A stretch of 63,284 nucleotides of DNA, filler included, from Octopus bimaculoides (Eukaryota): assembly GCF_001194135.2 (NCBI RefSeq). It is 5 parts of 4 records of this genome, joined end to end, with 100 filler letters (N's around TTAATTAATTAA, not from the genome) between each part and the next. Parts side by side here need not be neighbours in the genome. Positions count along the whole stretch, not along the records: positions 23,895 to 35,953 come from NC_068983.1; positions 36,054 to 51,528 come from NC_068982.1; 3 more parts are not named here. One strand, written 5' to 3'. The notes beneath the pieces were generated by a model. The model was not told where the DNA came from, ran no database searches, and saw only the letters and a program-made list of their open reading frames with translations. Position 1 is the stretch's first letter, and every line of letters starts with the position of its first letter. A program made the position numbers and the translations under genes. This document shows, in pieces, positions 24,761-37,948 of the stretch.

Positions 24761-26293
24761 GATTGTTAGTTATTTAGCAAAGATTTTTTTTTTATTCCAT
24801 GCATTTCATGATTTCGCACGAATTAGTTTTACTTTATATTATTTTATTAATTTATCTATTTATTTATTTATTGTTGGACATAGTAAAACTTGTTTCCCTT
24901 GTACTTGTATCTCCTTTTCCTCAGTTGTGTCATTTTGTTATCGATTTCCTTAAAGCTAGAGATAGCATCCACTTCTTTTTATTTTAATATAATCTGTACA
25001 TCTCTTTCCTATATTTTGGTTTGGGGTTTTGATATTCCTATGTAAGGAGATCTAAAAAAAATACTTACTTTAGTAAATAAAGTGGTTCCTGCATATCTTC
25101 AGCCATTTATTGATGTTTGTATTTATGTTTGCATTTATTACAAATAAGTCTGTAGTGACCAGGTCTGTACTTTACTTTCTTATTATTATTGCTATTCTAT
25201 CACTGAACGTTATTCTTGGAAAGTGAGTTAAGAAAAAAATTTTATTGCTTTTTGATTTTTTTAAGATCATTTTATGGCTTTTTGATTTTTTAAGATCATT
25301 TTATTGTTACGGTCATTGTTTTCTTCTATGATCTTTTCCTTCGTATCTTCTTGTATTCTCGTAATTTATTTTATTTATATTTTTGTTTCTGCTGCCCTCA
25401 TTTGGATTTTATCATTGTGAATTCAGCAGATGTACCACATTTGGGATTTGTTGTGTTTCTTTGTATTTAGTGTAATTTATTTCGGACATGCTAGGCTTCC
25501 ATTTTCAATGATTTTAATGCAATTTGTTTTGTTTTCCTTAGGCTTTCCTAATGCAATGTGTCTTTACATAGTCTATTTCAATTTCTGAAACTTTTAGTTT
25601 TATTTTATTTATTTTTCGTTTGATCAATCTTCTTAAGTAGCTATTCCTTCCTAGCCATTTACTTAACTTATTTAGTATGTATTTTGTGTGGGGTTGTGTG
25701 TCGCTCCAAATATATTCATGAGTATCGAAACATGCTCGCCTCGTGTCTAATTATGCATTTTCTTTTTGTTTGCATGACTGAAGAACTCAGGCTAGTCCTT
25801 TATTTAGATTGTCATAATTTTCGTACGGTACAGGTTGTTTCTGTTCTCTTTTGCGTTTTTGTTTTTAGATTCATACGCACATTCAATTTGTACATTTTAT
25901 GCCATATTCTCACAGTGCGCATTTCAATATCTTAAATGATATGCCTTTCATATGAATTATTTATCAGTTGGGTTTCTGAAAATGACAAAGGTAGATAGAT
26001 GATGTAGTGATATAACGTGTTCCACTTGTTTGCTTACAAGTGGAATAAGACTAAGGATTAAGTAGGGCTGTGCCGTTAAGAAACTCGCTTGGAGACATGT
26101 AGTTTCCTGTACAGATCGCTCCCGTAATACAAGACACTTGCCCTGTTTGTCCGCAGTGAGACTGAACGATCAGAAGTGTGGCTTCGGGTTCAGTTTCCTT
26201 GCGGACATATTAGTCAAATGTCTTTTTCTAAGTGCCGGCGCAAATCAATGCCATAAGGGGAAATTTGGAAAATGGGAACTGTATGGAAGCCCC

Positions 26294-26331
<38 letters not shown>

Positions 26332-26356
26332 NNNNNNNNNNCTGTATGGAAGCCCC

Positions 26357-26401
<45 letters not shown>

Positions 26402-26419
26402 TAATTCCCGTAGGACACC

Positions 26420-27770
26420 TCAAGACTGTTTCCACACGTTTTCCCCATTCATCTCGATCTTCCATATGGTCCTCAATTCTTGTACCACTTCCATACCAGT
26501 ATCCGCCAGCAAATTGTCGATATAGTTCGTCTTCCTCCTTCCTCTCTTGGTTCTTTCTTCTGTTGGTTGCCAGAGCACTAGCTTGTTAGTAATTCATCGG
26601 TGTGTCTGATGCAGTGTCCAGCTAGCCTCATCCTTCTATGCTGTATATTCAATGTTACTTTTGGTAGTCCCTGGTATAATTCGGCGTTTGTTGTATGACT
26701 CTTGCAAGAGATATTGAGTGCCATTCCAAGCAACCTCGCATAACAACCGTCCAACTGCTTCTTCAATGCTTTAATGAGCGACCATGTTTCAGTCCCGTAT
26801 AGAAGAGCAGACTCCGATGTTGCCAGAAACAACATCACTTCCAATTCCCATGCAAGCTTTGAACTCTATCCGTTTCTCAAATTATGGCATGCGCTCAAGG
26901 CAAGTGCTTTCCTCGATACAATGTCTTTTTAGTATTTTGTGTCCGCGCAATAAGGTATTTGAAATCTTCAACTACCTTCAGTGACATACCATCTCTCACT
27001 TTCACTGACACAGGCATTTCCTGGTTGAATACTTTGACTTCAAAGTAGTCCGTTTCTCCATCAGGAGTGATCACTTTCGTTCTGGTTTTCTCATACAGCT
27101 TACTTATTGCTTTCAGAATTCTTGGTGGAATATCATATACTTTAAGTTTCTTCATCACCATTCCTCTATGTACTGAATAAAAAGCCTTTTTTAAGGTTTA
27201 CACAGTTAATGATATTCTTCCTGCCTATGGTTCTTAACAACCTCTATCAGTCTTCTAAGTTCAACAATGTGAGATGTTGACCGTCCTTATCTGAATCCAT
27301 TTTGATTTGGTCGCAATTGACCATTTATGCAAAAATAGAAGACAGACTGAGACTGATCCCTCTATAATTCCCAGTATCGCTTAGGTCTCTCTCCCGTTTT
27401 GAGCAGTGGTAGCAAGTCTATCTCAGACCATTGTTCTGACTTGACATTGTCATTTAGCAGTTTGTTTGCAAATTCAAAAATGATGTCGTCTAAATCACAT
27501 CTTTTTAGTACTTCTGGTGGGATGTTGTTAGGACCAGTGTGCTTTCTTTTCTTTCAGGTTACTTGTAGCTCTTTCTATTTCTTGTTTTGTGAAGTCTCCA
27601 TCGTCGATTTGCAAACCATCAAGTATCTTTGCTAATTCTTCATTTTCTGTTTCACTGTCAACTTCTGGATCCTTCCCAAGTAAGTTGTAGAAATGAGTGT
27701 ACCATTTCTAGATTCTCTCTTCCTTTGATTTCCCTTTTATGATTCTCTGCCATGCAGCTTTACGACCAGT
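26420..27770 (-). mobile_element. Degenerate RTE-clade LINE (RT C-terminal region)
   Basis: ESALLYGTETWSL...QLDGCYARLLGMALNIS...TNAELYQGLPKVT..IQHRRMRLAGHCIRH and KLKVYDIPPRILKAISKLYEKTRTKVITPDGETDYFEV are typical RTE RT segments. Many stops and frameshifts. Confidence 0.8.
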
Positions 27771-27782
27771 GATGGAGTTAAT

Positions 27783-28315
27783 TATGGACTTGACAGGTCA
27801 AAAGCTTGGTACGACCGCAAACCTGAAGGCATCCGGTGAGATTTTATGATTCAGTGCGACCATGAGATAGAGAATAGGAAGCCGGACATATTCTTAATTG
27901 AGAAAGAAATCGAACTATGCTAGATTGTAGATATAGCATGCCCAGATGACAACAAGGAATGCGATGAGAAAGGAAGATAAGACAGGTTAGCTTGAAAAGT
28001 TGAGCGGTTGTGGCCAATGAAAAAGTTAGCAGTCGTATCAATAATTGTCGGGGTCCTGGGAACAGTGAGCAAAAATCTCGATAACCCCATAGAACACATA
28101 GGGGCTGCAATAAGGGTGGAGAACTTGCAGAAAACAGTACTGCTTGAAATAGCTCGAATACACGGGAAGGCGCTCGAAAAATAAGAGGTGTTAGCTTACT
28201 TCACTGGTAGTGAAGAGCTGGCACCGTAGTACAGCTCCAGCGTTAGAAGCTGTACGAAGGAAATAATAATAATAATAATAACACTAATAATAATCATAAT
28301 AATAACAATAATAAT
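27783..28315 (+). mobile_element. 3' end of an R4/Dong-like (RLE) non-LTR retrotransposon with (AAT)n tail
   Basis: AWYDRKPEG...DFMIQCDHEIENRKPDI...IVDIACPDD...IIVGVLGTVSK...LQKTVLLEIARI is a PD-(D/E)xK restriction-like endonuclease. Followed by (AAT)n at 28261. Confidence 0.75.
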
Positions 28316-30929
28316 CCACGGAAGGCTATAGTAGAAGACAATTGCCCAAGATGCCACGCAGTGGGTCTGAACTAGGGACCGTGTGCTTGAGAAGTAAGCT
28401 TCTTACCACACAGCCATCCAGATACACATATACATAGTCATTGATATGTAAATGAATATGTGCATATGTACATACACGCATACATACATAATACATACAT
28501 ATATACACATATGTATATTTACATATCTAACTATTTATCTCTGGTTATATATATATATATACATACATANNNNNNNNNNTGTGTGTGTGTGTGTGTGTGC
28601 GTCTGTGTGTGTGTGTATAAGAATTCATCAATTATTATCGATATATTAACCCCGAGAGATTCCAAAATGAATTTCTGAATATCGTGAGAGTAATCCGCAC
28701 AGCATATTACAGATATCAAAATATCAACCAAACATTAACAAGTTTATAATCTGATTTATAATCCCGATGATATTCCTTTTCTGTCTCACAGATAAATAGT
28801 AGATTTATATTGTATTGGAGCGCATACAATTTAATGAAAATTAAGATATCATAACCAAAAGCATGTCATGCAAAACCCCGTTATTACGGGTGATTAGAGT
28901 AAATTTCGAGTATTGTTGATGAGATATATATCTGTTTGAAGATTACTGATCAAAGAGAATATCAAAGTTCAATTAATATAAGCTGTTACATTCAATCACC
29001 ACACAAGAAATATTATATAATCCATTGGTCATAAATATATTACATAATGATTCATGTACATTCAGACGTGCAAATACGCACCACCGAAACGTACACGAAC
29101 ACGCACACACGCGTATATCATATTTCTATATGCACATAAATGTATATTCATATGAAAATATATATACATATATATANNNNNNNNNNNNNNNNNNNNNNNN
29201 NNNNNNNNNNNNNNNNNNNNNNNNNNNNNNNNNNNNNNNNNNNNNNNNNNNNNNNNNNNNNNNNNNNNNNNNNNNNNNNNNNNNNNNNNNNNNNNNNNNN
29301 NNNNNNNNNNNNNNNNNNNNNNNNNNNNNNNNNNNNNNNNNNNNNNNNNNNNNNNNNNNNNNNNNNNNNNNNNNNNNNNNNNNNNNNNNNNNNNNNNNNN
29401 NNNNNNNNNNNNNNNNNNNNNNNNNNNNNNNNNNNNNNNNNNNNNNNNNNNNNNNNNNNNNNNNNNNNNNNNNNNNNNNNNNNNNNNNNNNNNNNNNNNN
29501 NNNNNNNNNNNNNNNNNNNNNNNNNNNNNNNNNNNNNNNNNNNNNNNNNNNNNNNNNNNNNNNNNNNNNNNNNNNNNNNNNNNNNNNNNNNNNNNNNNNN
29601 NNNNNNNNNNNNNNNNNNNNNNNNNNNNNNNNNNNNNNNNNNNNNNNNNNNNNNNNNNNNNNNNNNNNNNNNNNNNNNNNNNNNNNNNNNNNNNNNNNNN
29701 NNNNNNNNNNNNNNNNNNNNNNNNNNNNNNNNNNNNNNNNNNNNNNNNNNNNNNNNNNNNNNNNNNNNNNNNNNNNNNNNNNNNNNNNNNNNNNNNNNNN
29801 NNNNNNNNNNNNNNNNNNNNNNNNNNNNNNNNNNNNNNNNNNNNNNNNNNNNNNNNNNNNNNNNNNNNNNNNNNNNNNNNNNNNNNNNNNNNNNNNNNNN
29901 NNNNNNNNNNNNNNNNNNNNNNNNNNNNNNNNNNNNNNNNNNNNNNNNNNNNNNNNNNNNNNNNNNNNNNNNNNNNNNNNNNNNNNNNNNNNNNNNNNNN
30001 NNNNNNNNNNNNNNNNNNNNNNNNNNNNNNNNNNNNNNNNNNNNNNNNNNNNNNNNNNNNNNNNNNNNNNNNNNNNNNNNNNNNNNNNNNNNNNNNTATA
30101 TATATGTTTGTGTGTGTATGTATATGTATGGTTGGATGGATGTATATGAGTGTATTTGTTTGTTTTAGATTTGTTGGCAACATGTATATTTTCATGTAAC
30201 TTGAAATTTCCTCAGTGTGAGAAAATACGAGTCATAAGGCAAATTTTATGTATGTACAATCTCATGCGCACATACACGCGTACGTGTGTTTGTGTTTATG
30301 CGGGTGTGTGTGTGTGCATACATACCTACATATTCATATATATATATACATACATATATATATATATATNNNNNNNNNNNNNNNNNNNNNNNNNNNNNNN
30401 NNNNNNNNNNNNNNNNNNNNNNNNNNNNNNNNNNNNNNNNNNNNNNNNNNNNNNNNNNNNNNNNNNNNNNNNNNNNNNNNNNNNNNNNNNNNNNNNNNNN
30501 NNNNNNNNNNNNNNNNNNNNNNNNNNNNNNNNNNNNNNNNNNNNNNNNNNNNNNNNNNNNNNNNNNNNNNNNNNNNNNNNNNNNNNNNNNNNNNNNNNNN
30601 NNNNNNNNNNNNNNNNNNNNNNNNNNNNNNNNNNNNNNNNNNNNNNNNNNNNNNNNNNNNNNNNNNNNNNNNNNNNNNNNNNNNNNNNNNNNNNNNNNNN
30701 NNNNNNNNNNNNNNNNNNNNNNNNNNNNNNNNNNNNNNNNNNNNNNNNNNNNNNNNNNNNNNNNNNNNNNNNNNNNNNNNNNNNNNNNNNNNNNNNNNNN
30801 NNNNNNNNNNNNNNNNNNNNNNNNTATATATATATATATATATGTATGCATGTATGTATGTTTAGGATGGAGGTCGCTTGTTCTTATTGACTTTACTTCG
30901 AAACCACACTCTGAACAGAGATACCTGAT

Positions 30930-32020
30930 TCTACGTCATTATATGGATTTCTGGTCGCATCTATTGAAACCAAAAGAACCGAATACATTGCTGATTAATT
31001 TTGATGGAGTAAACGCATGCATCAAATCTTCCACATAATTTAAGAATAATGATGAACGAAGTTTGGGTGGAAAAATATAGAAGAGTGCATCCATGTAAGT
31101 TTGTCACAAACTTTATATTAGACGCTCTCACACTTATTCTTGAAAATAATACGTTCTTTTACATGTGAAACACTATATTCTAGAGCTAGTGCCATAGGTA
31201 ACAAGTTTGCCAGAGAATATGCAAATACAGTTACGTGATACGTGGAACAAAATGTAGAAAAATTGTATTACTTGTGTCAAAAGATATATATCGAAATTTT
31301 ACGGGAAAAAAACATTTGATCGCCGTTAAGAAATCAGCATCATTCGGAATAGTTTATGCCCAAACTTGGAATTGACAAAGAATACAAACTACAACGCTGC
31401 TTTCTCTAAACATAAAAAAATAACGTAAAAATCACAACGGGTATAATTTGCAAAAAACACAGTCATCATTCTGCATCATGCCATCCGACACATATAAATA
31501 TGACGATATATGGTATATTGTCATACCAAGATGATTTTGCACTGTTGTTGATAGTGTAACTACCAAGGAAGAAAGCTTAGCAGAATTCAACAGATTTCTA
31601 CTTCAGCTAAATATCTAGTTCTTCTTAGAGTAACATTTAATAGCTTACAAGACAAATGCCAATAGAACAATCTAAATCAACATTTAGTATTATTTGTAGG
31701 CAAATCTAATCCATAGAATCACACTATTTTGAACGTCGCCAAATTAGACTTGCCGACTATCAGTCAGCGTAATAATTTAAAAGATTTAATTATTTGATAG
31801 AAACTTTGTTCAAAACAAAACAACCGAAACACACGAAACAAATGTTGAAATGGCAAAGAACAAAGATCTAAATCATTGTAGTTCTCATTAATTTATGCAA
31901 GCTGGTCTTTATATCGATATAAAGGCCGGATGAAAATATTTAAATACAAATACGATCTTTTGATCCATCCAAACCACAATCTACTTGTTTGAGTGTATGT
32001 ATTGATATGTGCGCGTGTAT
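30930..32020 (+). mobile_element. Degenerate Penelope-like element (RT region)
   Basis: NFILDALTLILENNTFF and AIGNKFAREYAN correspond to the PLE RT motif GTAMGxxxAPxYAN region. Heavily decayed; boundaries approximate. Confidence 0.6.
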
Positions 32021-32022
32021 AT

Positions 32023-32830
32023 ATTGGGTCACCCCGTAAATAATGCGATTTTTTCAATTGCATAAACTAAAAGTCAGATAGGTTAAACTACCTGCATCAA
32101 CTTGCTATAAATGCAGGTAGTAATTTTACCTTGTTCTTATTATTAGTGTATGTTTTGAAGAGAGCAGTTCTATTTTAAGTTATTTATTCAAAGTTATAAT
32201 GGAAGTGCAATTTTGCTTTATGAGTTCAATAAAGACAAAAACGCAAAGGAAAATGCGAGGAATAACAATGCATGGCGATCGGACATCAAGCGTAAGCCAG
32301 TGTCAACGGTGGTTCCAGTAAATCAGAGCCGGAAACTACTGCCTAGAAGCCGAGCCCTGCTCTGGAAGATCTGTAAAGCGCGATGAGGACGTGCTGCAAA
32401 TCCCATCGTAACTGTTGAGGAACTAGCAGAGAAACTTGGATTTGGTCATTCAACCATTCATCGACACCTGCGCTAGAAGAAAAAAAAACACCATCATTGG
32501 TTTCAAGAAACGAAATGTGTTCTTCTATCAGGATAATGTTCGGCCACATACAACGATGATGACATTCGAAATGCAGTAGCAGTTTGAAATGATGCTCCAT
32601 CTATCATATTCGCCGAACATTGCCCCATTCGATTATCATTTGCTTCACAGTCTTCAAAATTATTTGGAGAGAAAAAATATGAATTCTGTAGACGAGGTCA
32701 GAACAGTAATGGAGGAGTATTTTTCGTCAAGGTCACATGAATTTTAGAAGAGGGGCTTTGCAAGTCTACCAAACAAGTGAAAGCGCATTGTAGAAAATGA
32801 AGGAGTGTATATTTTAGATTAAAAAAGAAC
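32023..32830 (+). mobile_element. Internally deleted mariner transposon relic
   Basis: TA-preceded left end TTGGGTCACCCC. Fragments PIVTVEELAEKLGFGHSTIHRHL, FFYQDNVRPH and LHLSYSPNIAPFDYHL (mariner HDNARPH / YSPDLAPxD). Confidence 0.8.
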
Positions 32831-32902
32831 TTTGCTCATGTGTTTTTGATGTCGCATGGTCAAATCCCCATGAGTATATAGACACTTTCAAATTTATCGA
32901 AC

Positions 32903-32964
32903 ACCATGCTGATGATCGGAGTAGGGTAGCTTTATACTCTTAACCGTGAAACGTCGCACATGGT
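32903..32964 (+). ncRNA. Candidate type I hammerhead ribozyme with variant cleavage site (GCA)
   Basis: accatg-CTGATGA-tcgg...ccgt-GAAA-cgtcg-CA-catggt. Perfect 6-bp stem I and both core boxes are present, but C replaces the conserved U16.1. Confidence 0.6.
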
Positions 32965-33890
32965 TAACTAAAGGCAGGTTTGTTTTTGCTTTTCTCTTCT
33001 GTCTTTGTTCTGTGTGTGCCCTAAATATCGCCATCTGTTAGAGAAAAAATTTGTAGTTTGGAATCAGTAGTTCTTTGACTGCTATTTCTAAATTTTCAGT
33101 ATGTTGGTGAAGCATCTCATGCTAAGCCCTATATATTTATGATTATAAATGGTTTTACCGATAAAGGTTTTTTTCATACTGAACTACTTGGCAAAATTGT
33201 TAATTATTAATTTTATTACTAATTGGCNNNNNNNNNNNNNNNNNNNNNNNNNNNNNNNNNNNNNNNNNNNNNNNNNNNNNNNNNNNNNNNNNNNNNNNNN
33301 NNNNNNNNNNNNNNNNNNNNNNNNNNNNNNNNNNNNNNNNNNNNNNNNNNNNNNNNNNNNNNNNNNNNNNNNNNNNNNNNNNNNNNNNNNNNNNNNNNNN
33401 NNNNNNNNNNNNNNNNNNNNNNNNNNNNNNNNNNNNNNNNNNNNNNNNNNNNNNNNNNNNNNNNNNNNNNNNNNNNNNNNNNNNNNNNNNNNNNNNNNNN
33501 NNNNNNNNNNNNNNNNNNNNNNNNNNNNNNNNNNNNNNNNNNNNNNNNNNNNNNNNNNNNNNNNNNNNNNNNNNNNNNNNNNNNNNNNNNNNNNNNNNNN
33601 NNNNNNNNNNNNNNNNNNNNNNNNNNNNNNNNNNNNNNNNNNNNNNNNNNNNNNNNNNNNNNNNNNNNNNNNNNNNNNNNNNNNNNNNNNNNNNNNNNNN
33701 NNNNNNNNNNNNNNNNNNNNNNNNNNNNNNNNNNNNNNNNNNNNNNNNNNNNNNNNNNNNNNNNNNNNNNNNNNNNNNNNNNNNNNNNNNNNNNNNNNNN
33801 NNNNNNNNNNNNNNNNNNNNNNNNNNNNNNNNNNNNNNNNNNNNNNNNNNNNNNNNNNNNNNNNNNNNNNNNNNNNNNNNNNNNNNNNNN

Positions 33891-33936
<46 letters not shown>

Positions 33937-34299
33937 CATACATACATACATACATACATACATACATACATACATACATACATACGTATATCTATTTATC
34001 ACTATAACAGTCTATCTACCTATCTCGCCCGTTCACCCTCTTGGTAATCTACTAAATGAAAACTTCTCCTCCTAGCTTATCGAGCCAATGTATTCTCTGG
34101 TTTATGTGAAGGAACATGTTATCTTTTTCTGTTATTCCTAACCCATAAACTTTTAAGATTTTCGCTAAAATATGAGCTAATGTCTCAGGTGATAACTGAT
34201 AGTGATATTTATTGCATTTAGTTGCCTATGCATTACGTTTTATTCATTGATACATATATGCATACATACATACATCCACACACACATCCACACACACAT

Positions 34300-34362
<63 letters not shown>

Positions 34363-34789
34363 NNNNNNNNNNNNNNNNNNNNNNNNNNNNNNNNNNNNNN
34401 NNNNNNNNNNNNNNNNNNNNNNNNNNNNNNNNNNNNNNNNNNNNNNNNNNNNNNNNNNNNNNNNNNNNNNNNNNNNNNNNNNNNNNNNNNNNNNNNNNNN
34501 NNNNNNNNNNNNNNNNNNNNNNNNNNNNNNNNNNNNNNNNNNNNNNNNNNNNNNNNNNNNNNNNNNNNNNNNNNNNNNNNNNNNNNNNNNNNNNNNNNNN
34601 NNNNNNNNNNNNNNNNNNNNNNNNNNNNNNNNNNNNNNNNNNNNNNNNNNNNNNNNNNNNNNNNNNNNNNNNNNNNNNNNNNNNNNNNNNNNNNNNNNNN
34701 NNNNNNNNNNNNNNNNNNNNNNNNNNNNNNNNNNNNNNNNNNNNNNNNNNNNNNNNNNNNNNNNNNNNNNNNNNNATAAATATATATAC

Positions 34790-34831
<42 letters not shown>

Positions 34832-34949
34832 GAAAGAGAGAGAAGACAGAAGTAAATAGACACCACATAAAATATCGTTTTATGTTTAATCTAACTTATA
34901 AAGGTTTTTTTTTTACTTTTATTAACTGGTATTTTTACGTTTCAAGTTC

Positions 34950-35830
34950 TATATATGACTGTTTAATCATGCCGTGTACAAAAGAATCCTTGGAACTGTC
35001 TGAATTTCAAAGAAGCCGTACTGTAGTCATTCTAATTGTAGAAAACGTTGGGATCCTGCTTTCTACAGTTAATTGAGTGATCGTGCAATTCACCATAGAG
35101 GGAAAAAGGAATCCACATCACCTCACCCATATCACAAGGCCTTTAACATAGCAGAACAAGTTGACGTCCCAGAACAGTTGTCAGGTATCTCCACCAACTT
35201 AGTTACTATGGCAGAGCAACAAGAAGGAAGTTACTTCGACCAGCCAATATCAAGTGGAGAAAAGATTGGGCCAGTGAGATTGTGGAGAGGCCACTAACAT
35301 TTCGGGACTCTCATTCTCTGATTGATGAGTCCAGATTTGTGGTATTTACTGACAGTGGTCGAGTGTGGGTCTGAAGATTCTGTGATCAAGAATTTGATGC
35401 GAAAATATTGCAGCCAACAATGACACAGAGCAGATATTCAGTGATGGTCTGAGGAGCAATGGTTAATCTGAGCTGGTGGAGTGTGAGGGAAACATAAACT
35501 TAGATAAATATGTGTTCATATTGCAGAAAGGATTCCTTCCAATCTCCTCCATTGCTGAAATGATTGAAGAAGGATCTTTATTTACGAAAGATGGTGCTCC
35601 ATGTCACACGGCTAAAATAACACAAGTTTTGTTGGATGAGAATAGCATTAAAAAGGTCCATGGGCAAACCAGTCACCAGATATGAACTCTATTGAACACC
35701 TCTGGGACATAAGGGACAGGACAGATCATGGAAAGTACAAGAAAGCATCTTCAAAGCCTGATCATTTGAGATTACCACAGGAAACTCGACAAGAAATTCC
35801 GCAAAATGGTCATGTGAAAATTGTAAAAAC
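34950..35830 (+). mobile_element. Degenerate Tc1-family transposase (DD34E-like)
   Basis: DESRFVVFTDSGRVWV..., SVMVxGA, DGAPCHTAK and SPDMNSIEHLWD motifs, with stops and frameshifts. Confidence 0.8.
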
Positions 35831-36053
35831 AAATTGCGGTGGCTAGACGCAATTCAGAACCAAATGGGAAATAATTCATCGTGACTAACCAGTGAGGAAG
35901 AGTGCAGGGAGCACCAGCATTGCTACATATATATATATATGTATATATATATANNNNNNNNNNNNNNNNNNNNNNNNNNNNNNNNNNNNNNNNNNNNTTA
36001 ATTAATTAANNNNNNNNNNNNNNNNNNNNNNNNNNNNNNNNNNNNNNNNNNNN

Positions 36054-36086
<33 letters not shown>

Positions 36087-36251
36087 TACACACGTACATA
36101 CATACGGCATACATATATACATACATACAAACATACATACATACATACATACATGCATACATACATACATACATACCTACAAACGTACACACACATATAT
36201 TTATATACATACGTTTATGTGCTTATATGTATATATATGTGTGTGTGTATG

Positions 36252-36292
<41 letters not shown>

Positions 36293-37877
36293 ATGTATGT
36301 ATATATATATATGTATATATATGTGTGTGTATGTATATATATATTACGTACACACACATATATATACATATATATACATACATACACACTTTGTTTCGAA
36401 GCTGTACTCAAAGACTCGACTGTGCAACGCGTTTCCACATCTGTTGTTGAGTTTTAGCTGTGAATTATTGTAACCCTGAACCTTTCACCTCCTCTTAAAA
36501 CATTGATGCAGCGAAACACTGCACCATAACCGTCAATTTTTGTTTTTCGTAAAGGTAAATAAAACATCTGCACGCATTTACACGTTGGACGCGTTTCAGA
36601 CAGGCACTATCACTTTAGAAGGTGTTTGCAATGACAAAGAACTTCCTGCTTTTTCCTTAATTACAGCTGTGTGTAGAGCAGACGGAATGTGTATTGCTGA
36701 CGCACAAACTTCTTACGTCAGCTTGCAACAGGTGAGAGCTGCGCGCTCTAAGGTTTACGTTAGTAAAAGATTTAAAAAGCATTTATCACTCAGAAACTAA
36801 CCGTCACTGATTAATATGTCTTATTAATTGTACTATGGATACTAAAGTACTTGAAATTTCCTGAGTTTCTTGTACTTCGAAAATGTAAGGTACGACAATA
36901 TTTATGTCTGTGACGTAGTTAATATTCATATCTTGTTGGAGATGGATTGACGCGTTTCTATGTGACCATCAACAACCAAATGGACTGAACGAGACCGGAA
37001 ATAAAAAAAAAAAAAGAAAACATCAAAGAAGTTAAGTACTCATTGAACGTCATAGGGTGAATATCAGACATTACAACCTGACAAAGCCCATCTCTCTCGG
37101 CAGCCAACATTCTTGGAAGGACTTGTGTTTAACACTGCAAAATAACGAAGTAATTATTATTGTTTAGTATTTTAAGGTGTCGCGCTGACAGAATCGTTAG
37201 CGCGCCGGACAAAATGCTTAGCGGTATTTCGTCCGCCTTCACATTCTGAGTTCAAATTCTGCCGGAGTTGACTTTGCTTTTCGTCCTTACAGGGTCGATA
37301 AAATAAGTACCACTTGTGCTCTGGGGTCGATATAATCAACTTACACCCCCCACCGAAACTACTGGCCTTGTACCAAAATTTGGAACCGTTATTTTATACA
37401 GTTCTATATTTAAGAGATGAGGAATTATGTACATTATTTACATTATTTTATAGTATTTCCTAACTATGTGTCTGTATGCAATAGCTCAACCTGCTAAAAA
37501 TAGCAGCGAAAGCTCACTCAATCCTTACCTTACCGTCTTGAAAAACTAAGAACATATTGAATAATAATTGAAAGGATATGGTAGATAAAGGGAAGGGGTC
37601 TGGTATTGTCTTTGCTCTTTTATTCTTTTACTTGTTTCAGTCATTTGACTGTGGCCATGCTGGAGCACCGCCTTTTAGTCAAGCAAATCGACCCCAAGAC
37701 TTATTCTTTGTAAGCCTAGTACTTATTCTATCGGTCTTTTTTGCCGAACCGCTAAGTTACGGGGATGTAAACACATCAGCATCGGTTGTCAAGTGATGTT
37801 GAGGGGGACAAACACAGACACACAAACATATACACACACACATACATAAATACATACATACATACATACATACATAA

Positions 37878-37948
<71 letters not shown>

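Noticed and set aside
26282-26401. Direct duplication ctgtatggaagcccccaaa(TA)n on both sides of a 10-N gap
   Set aside because: Typical overlap artefact at a microsatellite gap; no evidence of a real tandem duplication.
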